Sequence record: SRR20825019_493
DNA: 40,473 nucleotides
Reading direction: 5' to 3' (one strand)
Shown: piece by piece, positions 27,094-36,148 of the stretch
How the letters are laid out: each line of letters starts with the position of its first letter
How positions within the stretch are numbered: position 1 is the stretch's first letter
Translations under genes and position numbers: made by a program
The notes under the pieces: model-generated
What the model saw: only the letters and a program-made list of their open reading frames with translations
Databases searched by the model: none
What the model was told of the DNA's origin: nothing

Positions 27094-30000
27094 TTACCGC
27101 TTTTTGCCCCAGCGTTTTTCCTGTTTTAGCTCAAGGGGTTTGGCTTCGATTTGCACGCCGGCGACAGCGGGGTGGGCGCGGATTTCCTGAAAGGCCTCGC
27201 CGCTGATTTTCCAGGAGAGGGCGTTGCTCACATCGGCGATCGAGGCGACGCGATCTTCGAACAGGAATCCGAGACTGATCTGAGTGCTGCCGGATTGCCC
27301 GTCGAGTTTGCTGCGCAGGAAGTCGAAAAATTCAGAGAGTTTTTCGTGTTCCGGATGGAGCAGCCAGATGATACGGCGCACGTTGCTGGCGATGTAGTTA
27401 TCAAGCGAGAGACATTCCCGGATGTTGATGCGGGGACCCTCATTGCCGACGATGATGTTGCCCTGCACAAGCACGGGAGCTTCGGCGACGAGACTTTCGC
27501 CGTAATTTTCGAAAGCATCGGCAAACATGTTGAGCGCAAGGGAGGCTTTGCGAGTAGCGAGGGTGAACATGGCCCACGGGCGATTATCTTTTTTGGATAA
27601 GCGTTTGGTGATACTGCCAGCGATGCCACACAGGCGAAAATCTTCGCGGTCTTGCAGAGTGGTCAGCACATCGACTGGATAGGTGTCGATCGCTTCGGCG
27701 AGCCCCCGGTAAACGTTCATGGGGTGTCCGGAGACATAGAACCCGAGCAGCTCTTTTTCGAAGGTGAATTTTTCCGCCGGGGTGAAATCATCGACCGATT
27801 TTGGAATGACGATTTTGGATTTTAGATCTTCGGCGGGCTCCGGTTCGGCCAGCATATCGAGGAAGGTATTTTGGCCGGCAGCTTTGTCCCTGGCGGCGGC
27901 CGCGGCCGTCGCCAAGGCCGCATCAATACTTTCCGAGAGACCCTTGCGGGACGCTCCGCTAAAGTCGAAAGCCCCGGTTTTGATGAGATGTTCGAGCACG
28001 CGTTTGTTCAGCGCCCGCGCATCCACGCGAGTGATGAAATCCTCGAAGTCGGCAAACGGTCCATTGGCTTCGCGTTCTTCGATAATTTTTTCGGCGGCTT
28101 GAGCACCCACACCTTTGATGCCGGCGAGACCGAAGCGGATTCGCGCACCGACCGGGGTGAACATCTCACGCGATTCGTTCACGTCGGGACCGAGCACCGT
28201 CATCCCCATCGATTCGCATTCGGCGACGAAGTGGGAGACCTTGTCGGCGTTGCCCAGTTCGGAGCTGAGCATCGCGGCCATAAACTGCACGGGATAGTTG
28301 GCCTTGAGATAGCCGGTCTGATAACTCAGCACCGCGTAAGCAGCGGAGTGGGATTTATTGAATCCGTAGCCGGCAAACTTGTTGAGAATATCGAAGATCG
28401 AATCGGCGGTCTTGGCGTCGATGTCGTTGACGGCTTTCGCGCCTTCGACGAATTTGATGCGCTCTTTCGCCATCGCTTCGACGTCCTTCTTACCCATCGC
28501 GCGACGGAGCATGTCCGCCCCGCCGAGAGTGTATCCGGCGATGACCTTGGCGGACTCCATCACCTGTTCCTGATAGACCATCACCCCGTAAGTTTCCCGG
28601 CAGACGTCCTCAAGGAGCTTATGGGGAAACTTAACCGTGCTCGGGTCTTTTTTGCCGTTGATGTAATCGGGAATCCAGTCCATCGGCCCGGGACGATAAA
28701 GCGCGATGAGCGCGACAATCTCGTCGATTGATGACAGGCCAATCTGGCGGCAGAGGTTTTGCATGCCGCCGGATTCCAACTGGAAGACGCCGGTGGTCTT
28801 GCCGGAGTTGAGCAGCTCGTATGTAACGGGATCGTCGAAGCCGACTTCCTCGATGTCGAAATCGGAATCGGCGGTTCGTCGGATGTTCTGCACCGCATCG
28901 TCGATTACGGTGAGGGTTTTCAGTCCGAGGAAATCCATCTTGAGCAGGCCGAGTTTATCGACCGCCTTCATGGAAAACTGCACGGTCACATCACCTTCCT
29001 GCAGGGTGAGCGGCACGTAGTTTTCGAGTGGCTCATCCGTGATGATGATACCGGCGGCGTGTTTGCCGGTGTTCCGCACCATGCCTTCGAGGACGAGACC
29101 CTGATTGTAAATTTTTCGAGCGACGGGATTGCGATCGATCTCGGTCTTCAGCTCGGCGGATTTGTTGTAGGCGTCTTCCAGCGAGATGTTGAGTTCGTCG
29201 GGAATCATCTTCGCGAGACGATCCGCTTCGGCGAAGGGAAGGTCGTGCACCCGGGAGACGTCGCGGATGACCATTTTGGCGCCCATGGTGCCGTAGGTGA
29301 TGATATTGGCGACGCACTCGTTGCCATATTTCTCGCGCACGTAATCGATGACATCGGCGCGTCGACGCATGCAAAAATCGATATCGAAATCGGGGGGAGA
29401 GACCCGTTCCGGATTGAGAAAACGTTCGAAGAGCAGCTTGAAGCGCAGTGGGTCTAGATTGGTGATTCGGAGCAGATAGGCGACGAGGCAGCCCGCGCCC
29501 GAGCCGCGTCCCGGACCCACGGGGATTTCTTTTTTGAGGGCCCAATGGATGAAATCCCACACCACGAGGAAGTAGTCTTCGAAGCCGGTCCGGTTGATGA
29601 TGGAGAGCTCGTAGTCAATTCGCTCGATGAGAACCTGAGCTTTCTCCGGATCCTCGGCCTTCTCCGGCGCATAGTAATCCACATCATAACGTTCCTTGAG
29701 CCCCTCGACGCATAGTTGCTTGAGATAGTCGGTGGCACCGAGGGTGATTTCGACCGGGATGGGGTATTTGGGATAACGCTCACTGCCTTTGGGAAACGGA
29801 ATCTCAAGATCGCACATTTCGGCGACGAGCTGGGTATTGGTGAGCGAATCGGGCACCTCGCCGAACAGCGCATCCATCTCATCGTAGGATTTGAGATAGA
29901 ATTGGTCGCCGGTGAATCGCATGCGGTTCTCATCCTCGACCTTGGAGCCGGTTTGGATGCAGAGCATGGAATCGTGAGGTCCGGAATCAGAGGCCTGCAC

Positions 30001-30660
30001 GTAGTGGACATCGTTGGTGGCGATGACCTTAAGATTAAACTCTTTGGCGAGTTTGAGCAGGCCGGGGATGATTTTTTTCTGCTCGGGGATCCCGTGATCC
30101 TGGATTTCGACGAAGTAATTCTCGCGGCCGAAGATATCGATGAACTTCGCACAGGCCGCCCGCGCCTCTTCCTCGCGGTCGTGGAGCAGGTGCTGCGGGA
30201 TCAGTGAAGCGAGGCAACCCGTGAAACCGATCAACCCATCGGCATGCTTCGCGAGGGTTTCCATATCGGTGCGCGGTTTGTAGTAAAACCCCTTTAAGTG
30301 TGCGTCTGATACGAGTTTAAGGAGGTTTTGATAACCGGTAAGATTGCGCGCGAGCAGGCCGAGGTGGAAGAGCGTCTTGCCGTCGTCGGATCGACCGTGC
30401 TTTTCGAGACGCGAGGTTTCCACGAGGTAGAGTTCGCAACCGATCAGGGGCTTCACGCCGGCGCTTTTGGCGGCATTGTAGAAGGAAATGGCCCCGTAGA
30501 GGTTGCCGTGATCGGTCAACGCGAGGGCGGGCATATTCAGATCGACCGCCCTTTTCATCAATCGGTCTATCCGGCAGGCCCCATCGAGGAGGCTATAGTC
30601 GGTGTGGACATGAAGATGAACGAAGTTTTTGTCAGTCGCCGGCACAGGAGTTCCAGCCAA
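27094..30660 (-). CDS. dnaE: DNA polymerase III alpha subunit
   Basis: PHP domain [47 protein letters not shown]; 1188 aa. Confidence 0.97.
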   Translation of the reverse strand: MAGTPVPATDKNFVHLHVHTDYSLLDGACRIDRLMKRAVDLNMPALALTDHGNLYGAISFYNAAKSAGVKPLIGCELYLVETSRLEKHGRSDDGKTLFHLGLLARNLTGYQNLLKLVSDAHLKGFYYKPRTDMETLAKHADGLIGFTGCLASLIPQHLLHDREEEARAACAKFIDIFGRENYFVEIQDHGIPEQKKIIPGLLKLAKEFNLKVIATNDVHYVQASDSGPHDSMLCIQTGSKVEDENRMRFTGDQFYLKSYDEMDALFGEVPDSLTNTQLVAEMCDLEIPFPKGSERYPKYPIPVEITLGATDYLKQLCVEGLKERYDVDYYAPEKAEDPEKAQVLIERIDYELSIINRTGFEDYFLVVWDFIHWALKKEIPVGPGRGSGAGCLVAYLLRITNLDPLRFKLLFERFLNPERVSPPDFDIDFCMRRRADVIDYVREKYGNECVANIITYGTMGAKMVIRDVSRVHDLPFAEADRLAKMIPDELNISLEDAYNKSAELKTEIDRNPVARKIYNQGLVLEGMVRNTGKHAAGIIITDEPLENYVPLTLQEGDVTVQFSMKAVDKLGLLKMDFLGLKTLTVIDDAVQNIRRTADSDFDIEEVGFDDPVTYELLNSGKTTGVFQLESGGMQNLCRQIGLSSIDEIVALIALYRPGPMDWIPDYINGKKDPSTVKFPHKLLEDVCRETYGVMVYQEQVMESAKVIAGYTLGGADMLRRAMGKKDVEAMAKERIKFVEGAKAVNDIDAKTADSIFDILNKFAGYGFNKSHSAAYAVLSYQTGYLKANYPVQFMAAMLSSELGNADKVSHFVAECESMGMTVLGPDVNESREMFTPVGARIRFGLAGIKGVGAQAAEKIIEEREANGPFADFEDFITRVDARALNKRVLEHLIKTGAFDFSGASRKGLSESIDAALATAAAAARDKAAGQNTFLDMLAEPEPAEDLKSKIVIPKSVDDFTPAEKFTFEKELLGFYVSGHPMNVYRGLAEAIDTYPVDVLTTLQDREDFRLCGIAGSITKRLSKKDNRPWAMFTLATRKASLALNMFADAFENYGESLVAEAPVLVQGNIIVGNEGPRINIRECLSLDNYIASNVRRIIWLLHPEHEKLSEFFDFLRSKLDGQSGSTQISLGFLFEDRVASIADVSNALSWKISGEAFQEIRAHPAVAGVQIEAKPLELKQEKRWGKKR

Positions 30661-30956
30661 TCCGTCCCGGCATGGCTCGCAAGTGCTAACCTGAATATTT
30701 CACCTCCTGAGGGTAAAATATTCACCCTGTCGGACCGACGATGTCGGGGTTAGCTGCGACATCGTCGCTCTGCCCAGAGGGGCGAACGGATAATGATACA
30801 TCCGGGCATGAAACTGGCATAGGTGTGAACTAGCCGGGCTAATGGGCGGAATGGGGCAAAATCAGGTGATATTTCGAGGAGGGAAAAAAGCCATTGACGG
30901 AGGCTGTTCAGACTGGCTTGCTGTTGGGCTTTTCCCTTTCAGATCCGTATCTACAC

Positions 30957-31154
30957 ATGTCCATCGAAATCAATATCCGCAAGAATGAGCCTATCGATCG
31001 CGCGATTCGTCGCCTGAAAAAGAAGCTCGAACGCGAAAACGTGATCAAAGATGTGCGCTTCAAGCGCTACTTTGAGAAGCCCTGCGAAACCCGTCGCCGC
31101 AAGAACAAGGTGGCTGCCTTCACGCAGATGCTTCGCAACCGCCACGCTGAGTAA
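30957..31154 (+). CDS. rpsU: 30S ribosomal protein S21
   Basis: EPIDRAIRRLKKK...YFEKP...RRRK; 65 aa from ATG 30957. Confidence 0.93.
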   Translation: MSIEINIRKNEPIDRAIRRLKKKLERENVIKDVRFKRYFEKPCETRRRKNKVAAFTQMLRNRHAE

Positions 31155-31184
31155 GACTCGCGGACAGTTGTCCTCTAAACTTTC

Positions 31185-31212
31185 AACCGCATCCCATTGG
31201 GTGCGGTTTTTT
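31185..31212 (+). terminator. Rho-independent terminator after rpsU
   Basis: AACCGCATCC-CATT-GGGTGCGGTT hairpin followed by a T run. Confidence 0.8.
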
Positions 31213-31255
31213 CGTGCAACCTGCTGGCAAATAAGTTCGTGATAGTCTGCGTATT

Positions 31256-32197
31256 GTGAAACCGACATTCTCCTTATCCACCTGCTGGTGCTCTCATCGG
31301 CATACCGACGGCTACGAAATGCTCTGCGAAATGGCGGACCTGGGCTTCTCGCATGTCGAACTGAGCCATGGTATCCGGATCACGCTGGTGCCGGGTATCC
31401 TTCAAGCGCTGGACGAGGGAATCATCAAAGTAGGCACCACGCATAACTTCTGTCCCCTGCCGACGGGCGTGAATAGCGCCGCGCCGAATCTTTTCGAACC
31501 TTCGGCGACCGATCACCGCGAACACGATCAATGGCTGCGCTACACGAAGCGATCGATCGATTTTTCCGCACAGGTAGGAGCGGAGGTGATGGTGACCCAC
31601 TTGGGGAGCGCGGAGTTCTTTTGGTTTAATCCCGGTGATAAGCTGAAGAAGTTCATCAAATCGCATCCTGATATGGATATTCCCGGTGATCCCAAGTATC
31701 AGGACACGCTGAAAAAATGTCTCGATAAGATGCAGAAGAAAATGGTGCCGTTTTGGGAACAGACCCAAAAGAGCATCGCCGAGTTATTCGCCTACGCAGC
31801 GGAAAAAGGCGTAAAATTCGGTTTTGAAAATCGGGAGAGTTTTACCGAATTGCCCTTAGACGACGATTATCAGGAGTTCATCGCACATTTCCCCGAAGGC
31901 ACTCCGGCCGGATACTGGCACGATACCGGCCATGCGGCGATTAAGGAGAAACTGGGACTGCTCAAGCATGAGGATCACTTGATAAAAATGGCGCCAAACC
32001 TCTTGGGCTTTCACCTCCATGACGTGAGCGGAGGCACCAAGGATCATCAGCCGGTGGGAGAGGGTGATATTGATTTTGAGATGATTAGCCGATTCTGGAA
32101 GCCGGAGCACCTGCTCGTGCTCGAGTTGAGCCCGCGCCTCGAAGTCGAGGAAGTGAAACTCTCCAAAGAACGCATCGAAGCGCTCTTACCCGCGTAG
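31256..32197 (+). CDS. Sugar phosphate isomerase/epimerase (xylose-isomerase-like TIM barrel)
   Basis: GFENR, WHDTGH, FHLHD, DHQPVGEGDIDF, VLE metal-binding pattern. Confidence 0.85.
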   Translation: MKPTFSLSTCWCSHRHTDGYEMLCEMADLGFSHVELSHGIRITLVPGILQALDEGIIKVGTTHNFCPLPTGVNSAAPNLFEPSATDHREHDQWLRYTKRSIDFSAQVGAEVMVTHLGSAEFFWFNPGDKLKKFIKSHPDMDIPGDPKYQDTLKKCLDKMQKKMVPFWEQTQKSIAELFAYAAEKGVKFGFENRESFTELPLDDDYQEFIAHFPEGTPAGYWHDTGHAAIKEKLGLLKHEDHLIKMAPNLLGFHLHDVSGGTKDHQPVGEGDIDFEMISRFWKPEHLLVLELSPRLEVEEVKLSKERIEALLPA

Positions 32198-32252
32198 TCG
32201 ATTTAGGTTGGCTCACGCGAAGACCCAAAGACGCCAAGAGTTGGATCATCGA

Positions 32253-33049
32253 GGCCAAACATTCTCCCGCCTTGTGGGGTCAAGATTCGGCTACAGGTCT
32301 ATTCGGCCACGAGGGATGTGGGATTGCGTAGCCGAATATGAACCCGCAGGGGGAATATTTGGTCCGTTCACTTGGCGAGATCGTTCCAATACTTCCACCA
32401 ATCATGGTAGAAATCTGTATCAGAGGGATCGAGATCGGCTATGTCGGGGACGATTGCCCCTGTATATGGCCAATCACGAGAACGGGTGACGATCCCTGCT
32501 CGCACTGGATTTTCGCAGATATAGTGGATCAGAGTAGAGAATGCATCCGCGCCCTTTTCTTCCGGTCGAAGCACATGATCGTAGCCTTGGCGTTGCAGTT
32601 TGAGCGGTTTCAACGCAAGGTTGATTGATCGCCGCACGGCTCTTGCCCAAAGTTTTTGATCCGAGGTGATAACGGTGCCCACTGCAAGTAAGTGGATGTG
32701 GTCGGGCATTAAACAATAGACGGGAACTACGACATGGTAACGGTATGCCGCATGGGTGAGTGCTAAGCGAAACGAGTGATGAAATTGATCCGTCAACCAT
32801 CCCTGACGTCGCCCTGAAATGGTCATGATCCAATGGACGAATTGGAAACCGCGATAGTTCTCGTCAGAAAGTCGCGGTAGATGGCGATGGGGAGAGTCGG
32901 CCATGAGGGAGGTTATGAGCCAAACTTTCGCTACGCTCAAGGTTCGGCTACATTCGGAATCGGCTTTGGGCGGATGGATCGGGTAGCGAATCGGGCCACG
33001 AGGGGCATGGGATCGAGTAGCCGAATTTGAGCGTAGCGAAAGTTTGGCC
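32253..33049. mobile_element. REPtron: RAYT gene flanked by four GTAG REPs (32253-32294 minus, 32328-32364 plus, 32919-32951 minus, 33017-33049 plus)
   Basis: Inverted REP doublets lie on both sides of the Y1 transposase gene. 32919-32951 and 33017-33049 are near-perfect inverted copies of GTAGCCGAA(C/T)..TTGAGCGTAGCGAAAGTTTGGC. Confidence 0.85.
32368..32904 (-). CDS. REP-associated tyrosine transposase (RAYT/TnpA-REP, Y1 HUH superfamily)
   Basis: YCLMPDHIHLL (HUH), QRQGYDHVLR, YICENPVRAG (catalytic Tyr plus NPxxAG), DWPY; 178 aa from ATG 32904; flanked by REPs. Confidence 0.9.
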   Translation of the reverse strand: MADSPHRHLPRLSDENYRGFQFVHWIMTISGRRQGWLTDQFHHSFRLALTHAAYRYHVVVPVYCLMPDHIHLLAVGTVITSDQKLWARAVRRSINLALKPLKLQRQGYDHVLRPEEKGADAFSTLIHYICENPVRAGIVTRSRDWPYTGAIVPDIADLDPSDTDFYHDWWKYWNDLAK

Positions 33050-33051
33050 TG

Positions 33052-34086
33052 CTATCCCATTTTGAGGATTTCGCGGACCCAGCGGCGGTGGGGGCCGGAG
33101 AGGGAGAGGGATTCGATTTTGGCGAGTGGCACCCAGACCAATTCCGGGGTGGTTAATTTTTTCGGCGGAGTGATGCGGTGAATCAATTCGGTGATTCGGT
33201 AGCGGGTGATACTGCGCGATTTTTTGGCGATGAGCGATGAGGCACCGGCAGAGACGGGGTCGAGTCCGAGGTGCTCGAAGGTGGGCAGCTCATGGAGATT
33301 TGCGAGTCGTTTGGCCGAACCGGCGGTGCGGTGCAGGAGCAGGCCCCGGTGATCCTCGCACCAGGCGCGGAGCACCGTAACTTGCTCAATTTTCTTACTG
33401 AGTAGCCGCGGATAATCTTCCGGAGAGTCTATTTTGTGCGCGGCGCAAAGAGTTCGCACGGGGCAGGTGCTGCACAGTGGATTACGTCGCACGCAGACGG
33501 TTGCGCCGAGTTCCATCATGGCCTGATTGTGATCACCGGGCTCCCGATGATTGAGTAACGTGCCGGCAAGATCGGTATAGGCTTTGGCGGCCGTGCTGCC
33601 ATCGCGAAATTCGGAGGGATCGGCGGTGAGCCGCGCGAGGATGCGCACGACATTCCCATCGACGACGGCCTGCGGCGCGCGAAAGGAAATGCTGGTGATC
33701 GCGGCGGCCGTGTAAGGTCCGATGCCGGGGATGGCGAGCCATTCATCGTGAGTGGTCGGCGGTTGGGGAAGCGCGACCACGGCTTGCGCGAGTTGATGGA
33801 GACGTCTGGCGCGGGAGTAGTAGCCGAGCCCTTCCCAGAGTTTGAGCACTTGTGATTCGGGTGCGGCCGCGAGGGCTTTGAAATCGGGGAGTGTTTCCAA
33901 CCAACGCGCAAAATAGGGCAGCACGGTTTTGACCTGCGTTTGCTGCAGCATGAACTCACTGACGACCGTTTTATAGAGCGAAGGTTGCTCGCGCCATGGC
34001 AGTGAACGGGCATTCTGCCGATACCATTTCAGCAACGCAGCGCGAAAGGCCGATTGTTGCGAAATGAGTTGGGGAGAAAACGCCAC
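33052..34086 (-). CDS. mutY: A/G-specific adenine DNA glycosylase
   Basis: SEFMLQQTQV, WEGLGYYSRA, HhH PGIGPYTA, VDGNV, Fe-S motif CX6CX2CX5C. Start (GTG 34086) uncertain. Confidence 0.93.
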   Translation of the reverse strand: MAFSPQLISQQSAFRAALLKWYRQNARSLPWREQPSLYKTVVSEFMLQQTQVKTVLPYFARWLETLPDFKALAAAPESQVLKLWEGLGYYSRARRLHQLAQAVVALPQPPTTHDEWLAIPGIGPYTAAAITSISFRAPQAVVDGNVVRILARLTADPSEFRDGSTAAKAYTDLAGTLLNHREPGDHNQAMMELGATVCVRRNPLCSTCPVRTLCAAHKIDSPEDYPRLLSKKIEQVTVLRAWCEDHRGLLLHRTAGSAKRLANLHELPTFEHLGLDPVSAGASSLIAKKSRSITRYRITELIHRITPPKKLTTPELVWVPLAKIESLSLSGPHRRWVREILKMG

Positions 34087-34175
34087 GAGAAGCGCACGAA
34101 GACACAAAACCTCAGTTGAGGAAAGGGAGCATTTTCTCTTTGTGCTTTTTCGCGAGATTGCGGCTAATTGCCGCC

Positions 34176-35183
34176 ATGCCCAAGCAGCCAACCGGCGATG
34201 AAAAAGGACCCAAGAAAATCAGCTCCTACACGATCAAGCTCGATCAGGAGCAGATCGACAAATTGCGCAGTATCTGCGAGTCGCGTGGCTGGACGCCATT
34301 TGAGGTGGGCTACACCCATTACGCCTTCAAAGCCGAAGCCCTGAAGCTCAACATCTCCGCTTACACGAGCGGTAAGGTCGTGATCGCGGGTAAGGGCACG
34401 GAGGATTTCGTCAGCAATACTCTGGAACCCGAGATCACGGGAGCTCCCAAACTCGGCTATGATGAAGTGCTGCATCCGGATTGGTTTGAATCGCACGCCG
34501 GTCTCGATGAAAGCGGCAAGGGCGATTTTTTCGGTCCGCTGATCGCCGCGACGGTAATTGCGGATCGCGCCGCGATCGAGGCATGGCGAGACGCGGGTGC
34601 TCAGGATTCGAAAAAGATCACGGACAAGAAGATCATTGAACTGGATCGCGTGATCCGGGCTACGAAAGGGGCCGTGGTCAAAACCTGTTTCTGTGGGATG
34701 ACCCGTTACAACGAGTTGATGGCGCGTCCCCGGGCGAATCTAAACAGCTTGCTGGCATGGGAACACGGCATCGCCCTGATGCAGGCGTTGGATGAAAAAC
34801 CCGTGGAGTGGGGATTGCTCGATCAATTCAGCAAGCAACCCCTCGTGCAGCGGGAATTGAAACGAAAGGGACTGAAAGATTTCGATCTGCGAATGCGGAC
34901 GAAAGCGGAAGAAGATCCCGTCGTGGCGGCGGCCTCGATTGTGGCTCGGGCAGAATATGTGCGACAGATGCACACGCTCTCAAAGGAGTTTGGTGATACC
35001 TTGCAGAAGGGGGCGGGGCCGCTGGTGAAAAAGCAGGCTCATGAAATTATCGAAAAATTCGGCGCACCTGCGTTGGGTAAATTTGCGAAGCTGCATTTTC
35101 GCACGGCTTACGAGGTTGTTTCCGATGCGGGTAAGCTCGACGAATTGCCTCTCAAGCCTCCGGGACCCAAGATCGCGTGGTGA
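34176..35183 (+). CDS. rnhC: Ribonuclease HIII
   Basis: N-terminal TBP-like domain (AYTSGKVVIAGK), GLDESGKGDFFGPL, DSK, DQF, KAE...VAAASIVAR, KLHF. Confidence 0.93.
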   Translation: MPKQPTGDEKGPKKISSYTIKLDQEQIDKLRSICESRGWTPFEVGYTHYAFKAEALKLNISAYTSGKVVIAGKGTEDFVSNTLEPEITGAPKLGYDEVLHPDWFESHAGLDESGKGDFFGPLIAATVIADRAAIEAWRDAGAQDSKKITDKKIIELDRVIRATKGAVVKTCFCGMTRYNELMARPRANLNSLLAWEHGIALMQALDEKPVEWGLLDQFSKQPLVQRELKRKGLKDFDLRMRTKAEEDPVVAAASIVARAEYVRQMHTLSKEFGDTLQKGAGPLVKKQAHEIIEKFGAPALGKFAKLHFRTAYEVVSDAGKLDELPLKPPGPKIAW

Positions 35184-35220
35184 TGAGAATAGTAATTCCT
35201 CAACTGAATTCTCTGACTGG

Positions 35221-35299
35221 GTGGGCGCGCAGGTCCCTCTGCGCGCTGGGAGATGCTGTCCTTGTGCCACGATGCGGGCACCGGGACGTGCCCATCCAT
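35221..35299. repeat. REP doublet (GTCCCN-loop family) between rnhC and rnhB
   Basis: GTGG GCGCGCAG GTCCCT CTGCGCGC (35221-35246) and inverted ATGG ATGGGCAC GTCCCG GTGCCCGC (35274-35299). Confidence 0.75.
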
Positions 35300-35316
35300 C
35301 GGATCAATTTCTTTTA

Positions 35317-36093
35317 ATGCCCAAACGTCGTCAGCTTCGTTCATTTGATCTCAAACGCTTGGATACGTTTGAGAGTTTGATTGGCGTGGATGAAGCAGGT
35401 CGCGGCGCGTTGGCCGGGCCGGTGGTGGCGGGTGCGGTGCTGGTGAACCGTGAGTTTCTCGAAAGCCGTTGGGCGTTGGAGAACGCGAAGCGAATCAACG
35501 ATTCGAAGCAGATTACGATAGCCGAACGCGATGCGCTTTGGTTCGACTTTGAAACGCTGGCCGCGCAGGGGCAGATCCATGCGAATTACGGAGTCGCCGA
35601 TGTCGATGAGATCGAGGAACTCAATATTCTGGGCGCCACTAAACTTGCGATGCAGCGCGCGCTGGAAGGGATTTACCCCCCTTCGGCCTTTGAGCAGAAA
35701 ACGGAACCCGATCTCTTTTCGTCTCCCGAGGATATCGAGAATTTTGAACCGACCGTCTCGGCCCGGATAATCGTGGATGGTCTGGCACTGCGTCATTTTC
35801 CGTATCCTCACGAAGGGGTGGTCAAAGGGGATGCGCGTTCGCTCTGTATCGCGATGGCGTCGATTATCGCGAAGGTGACGCGCGACCGCTTGATGATCGA
35901 GATGGATGCGGAGTTTCCCGGCTATAATTTTTCCCAGCACAAGGGCTATGGCACCGACGAGCATCGCGAGATGTTGTTGAAGATCGGGCGCTGTCCGCAG
36001 CACCGCGCGGTGTTTTTGAGGAAGATTTTTGCCAAACGGGTGGATCCGGATCAGATCGATTTTTTGGCCGCACCCACGGAAGGATCATCGTGA
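35317..36093 (+). CDS. rnhB: Ribonuclease HII
   Basis: GVDEAGRGALAGPV, DSK, NILGAT, KGD...IAMASIIAKVTRD, HKGYGT. Confidence 0.95.
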   Translation: MPKRRQLRSFDLKRLDTFESLIGVDEAGRGALAGPVVAGAVLVNREFLESRWALENAKRINDSKQITIAERDALWFDFETLAAQGQIHANYGVADVDEIEELNILGATKLAMQRALEGIYPPSAFEQKTEPDLFSSPEDIENFEPTVSARIIVDGLALRHFPYPHEGVVKGDARSLCIAMASIIAKVTRDRLMIEMDAEFPGYNFSQHKGYGTDEHREMLLKIGRCPQHRAVFLRKIFAKRVDPDQIDFLAAPTEGSS

Positions 36094-36148
36094 TGGAATT
36101 CGGGGACGTCATTGACCCGAAGCGAACCGTCGTTCACAAAACGCGCTA

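Noticed and set aside
27094-30660. Intein in DnaE, or error-prone DnaE2
   Set aside because: Normal length, no intein motifs seen, intact PHP motifs, and no imuA/imuB nearby.
30816-30830. Sigma-54 promoter (TGGCAT) upstream of rpsU
   Set aside because: The -12 TTGC element is missing at the required spacing.
32368-32904. IS200/IS605 element with TnpB
   Set aside because: No tnpB is present. The NPVRAG motif and flanking GTAG REPs indicate a RAYT.
33017-33049. Hammerhead-ribozyme-like core (TGA-stem-GAAA) in the REP
   Set aside because: The CUGAnGA motif and third stem are absent. The GTAG tag and adjacent RAYT explain the element.
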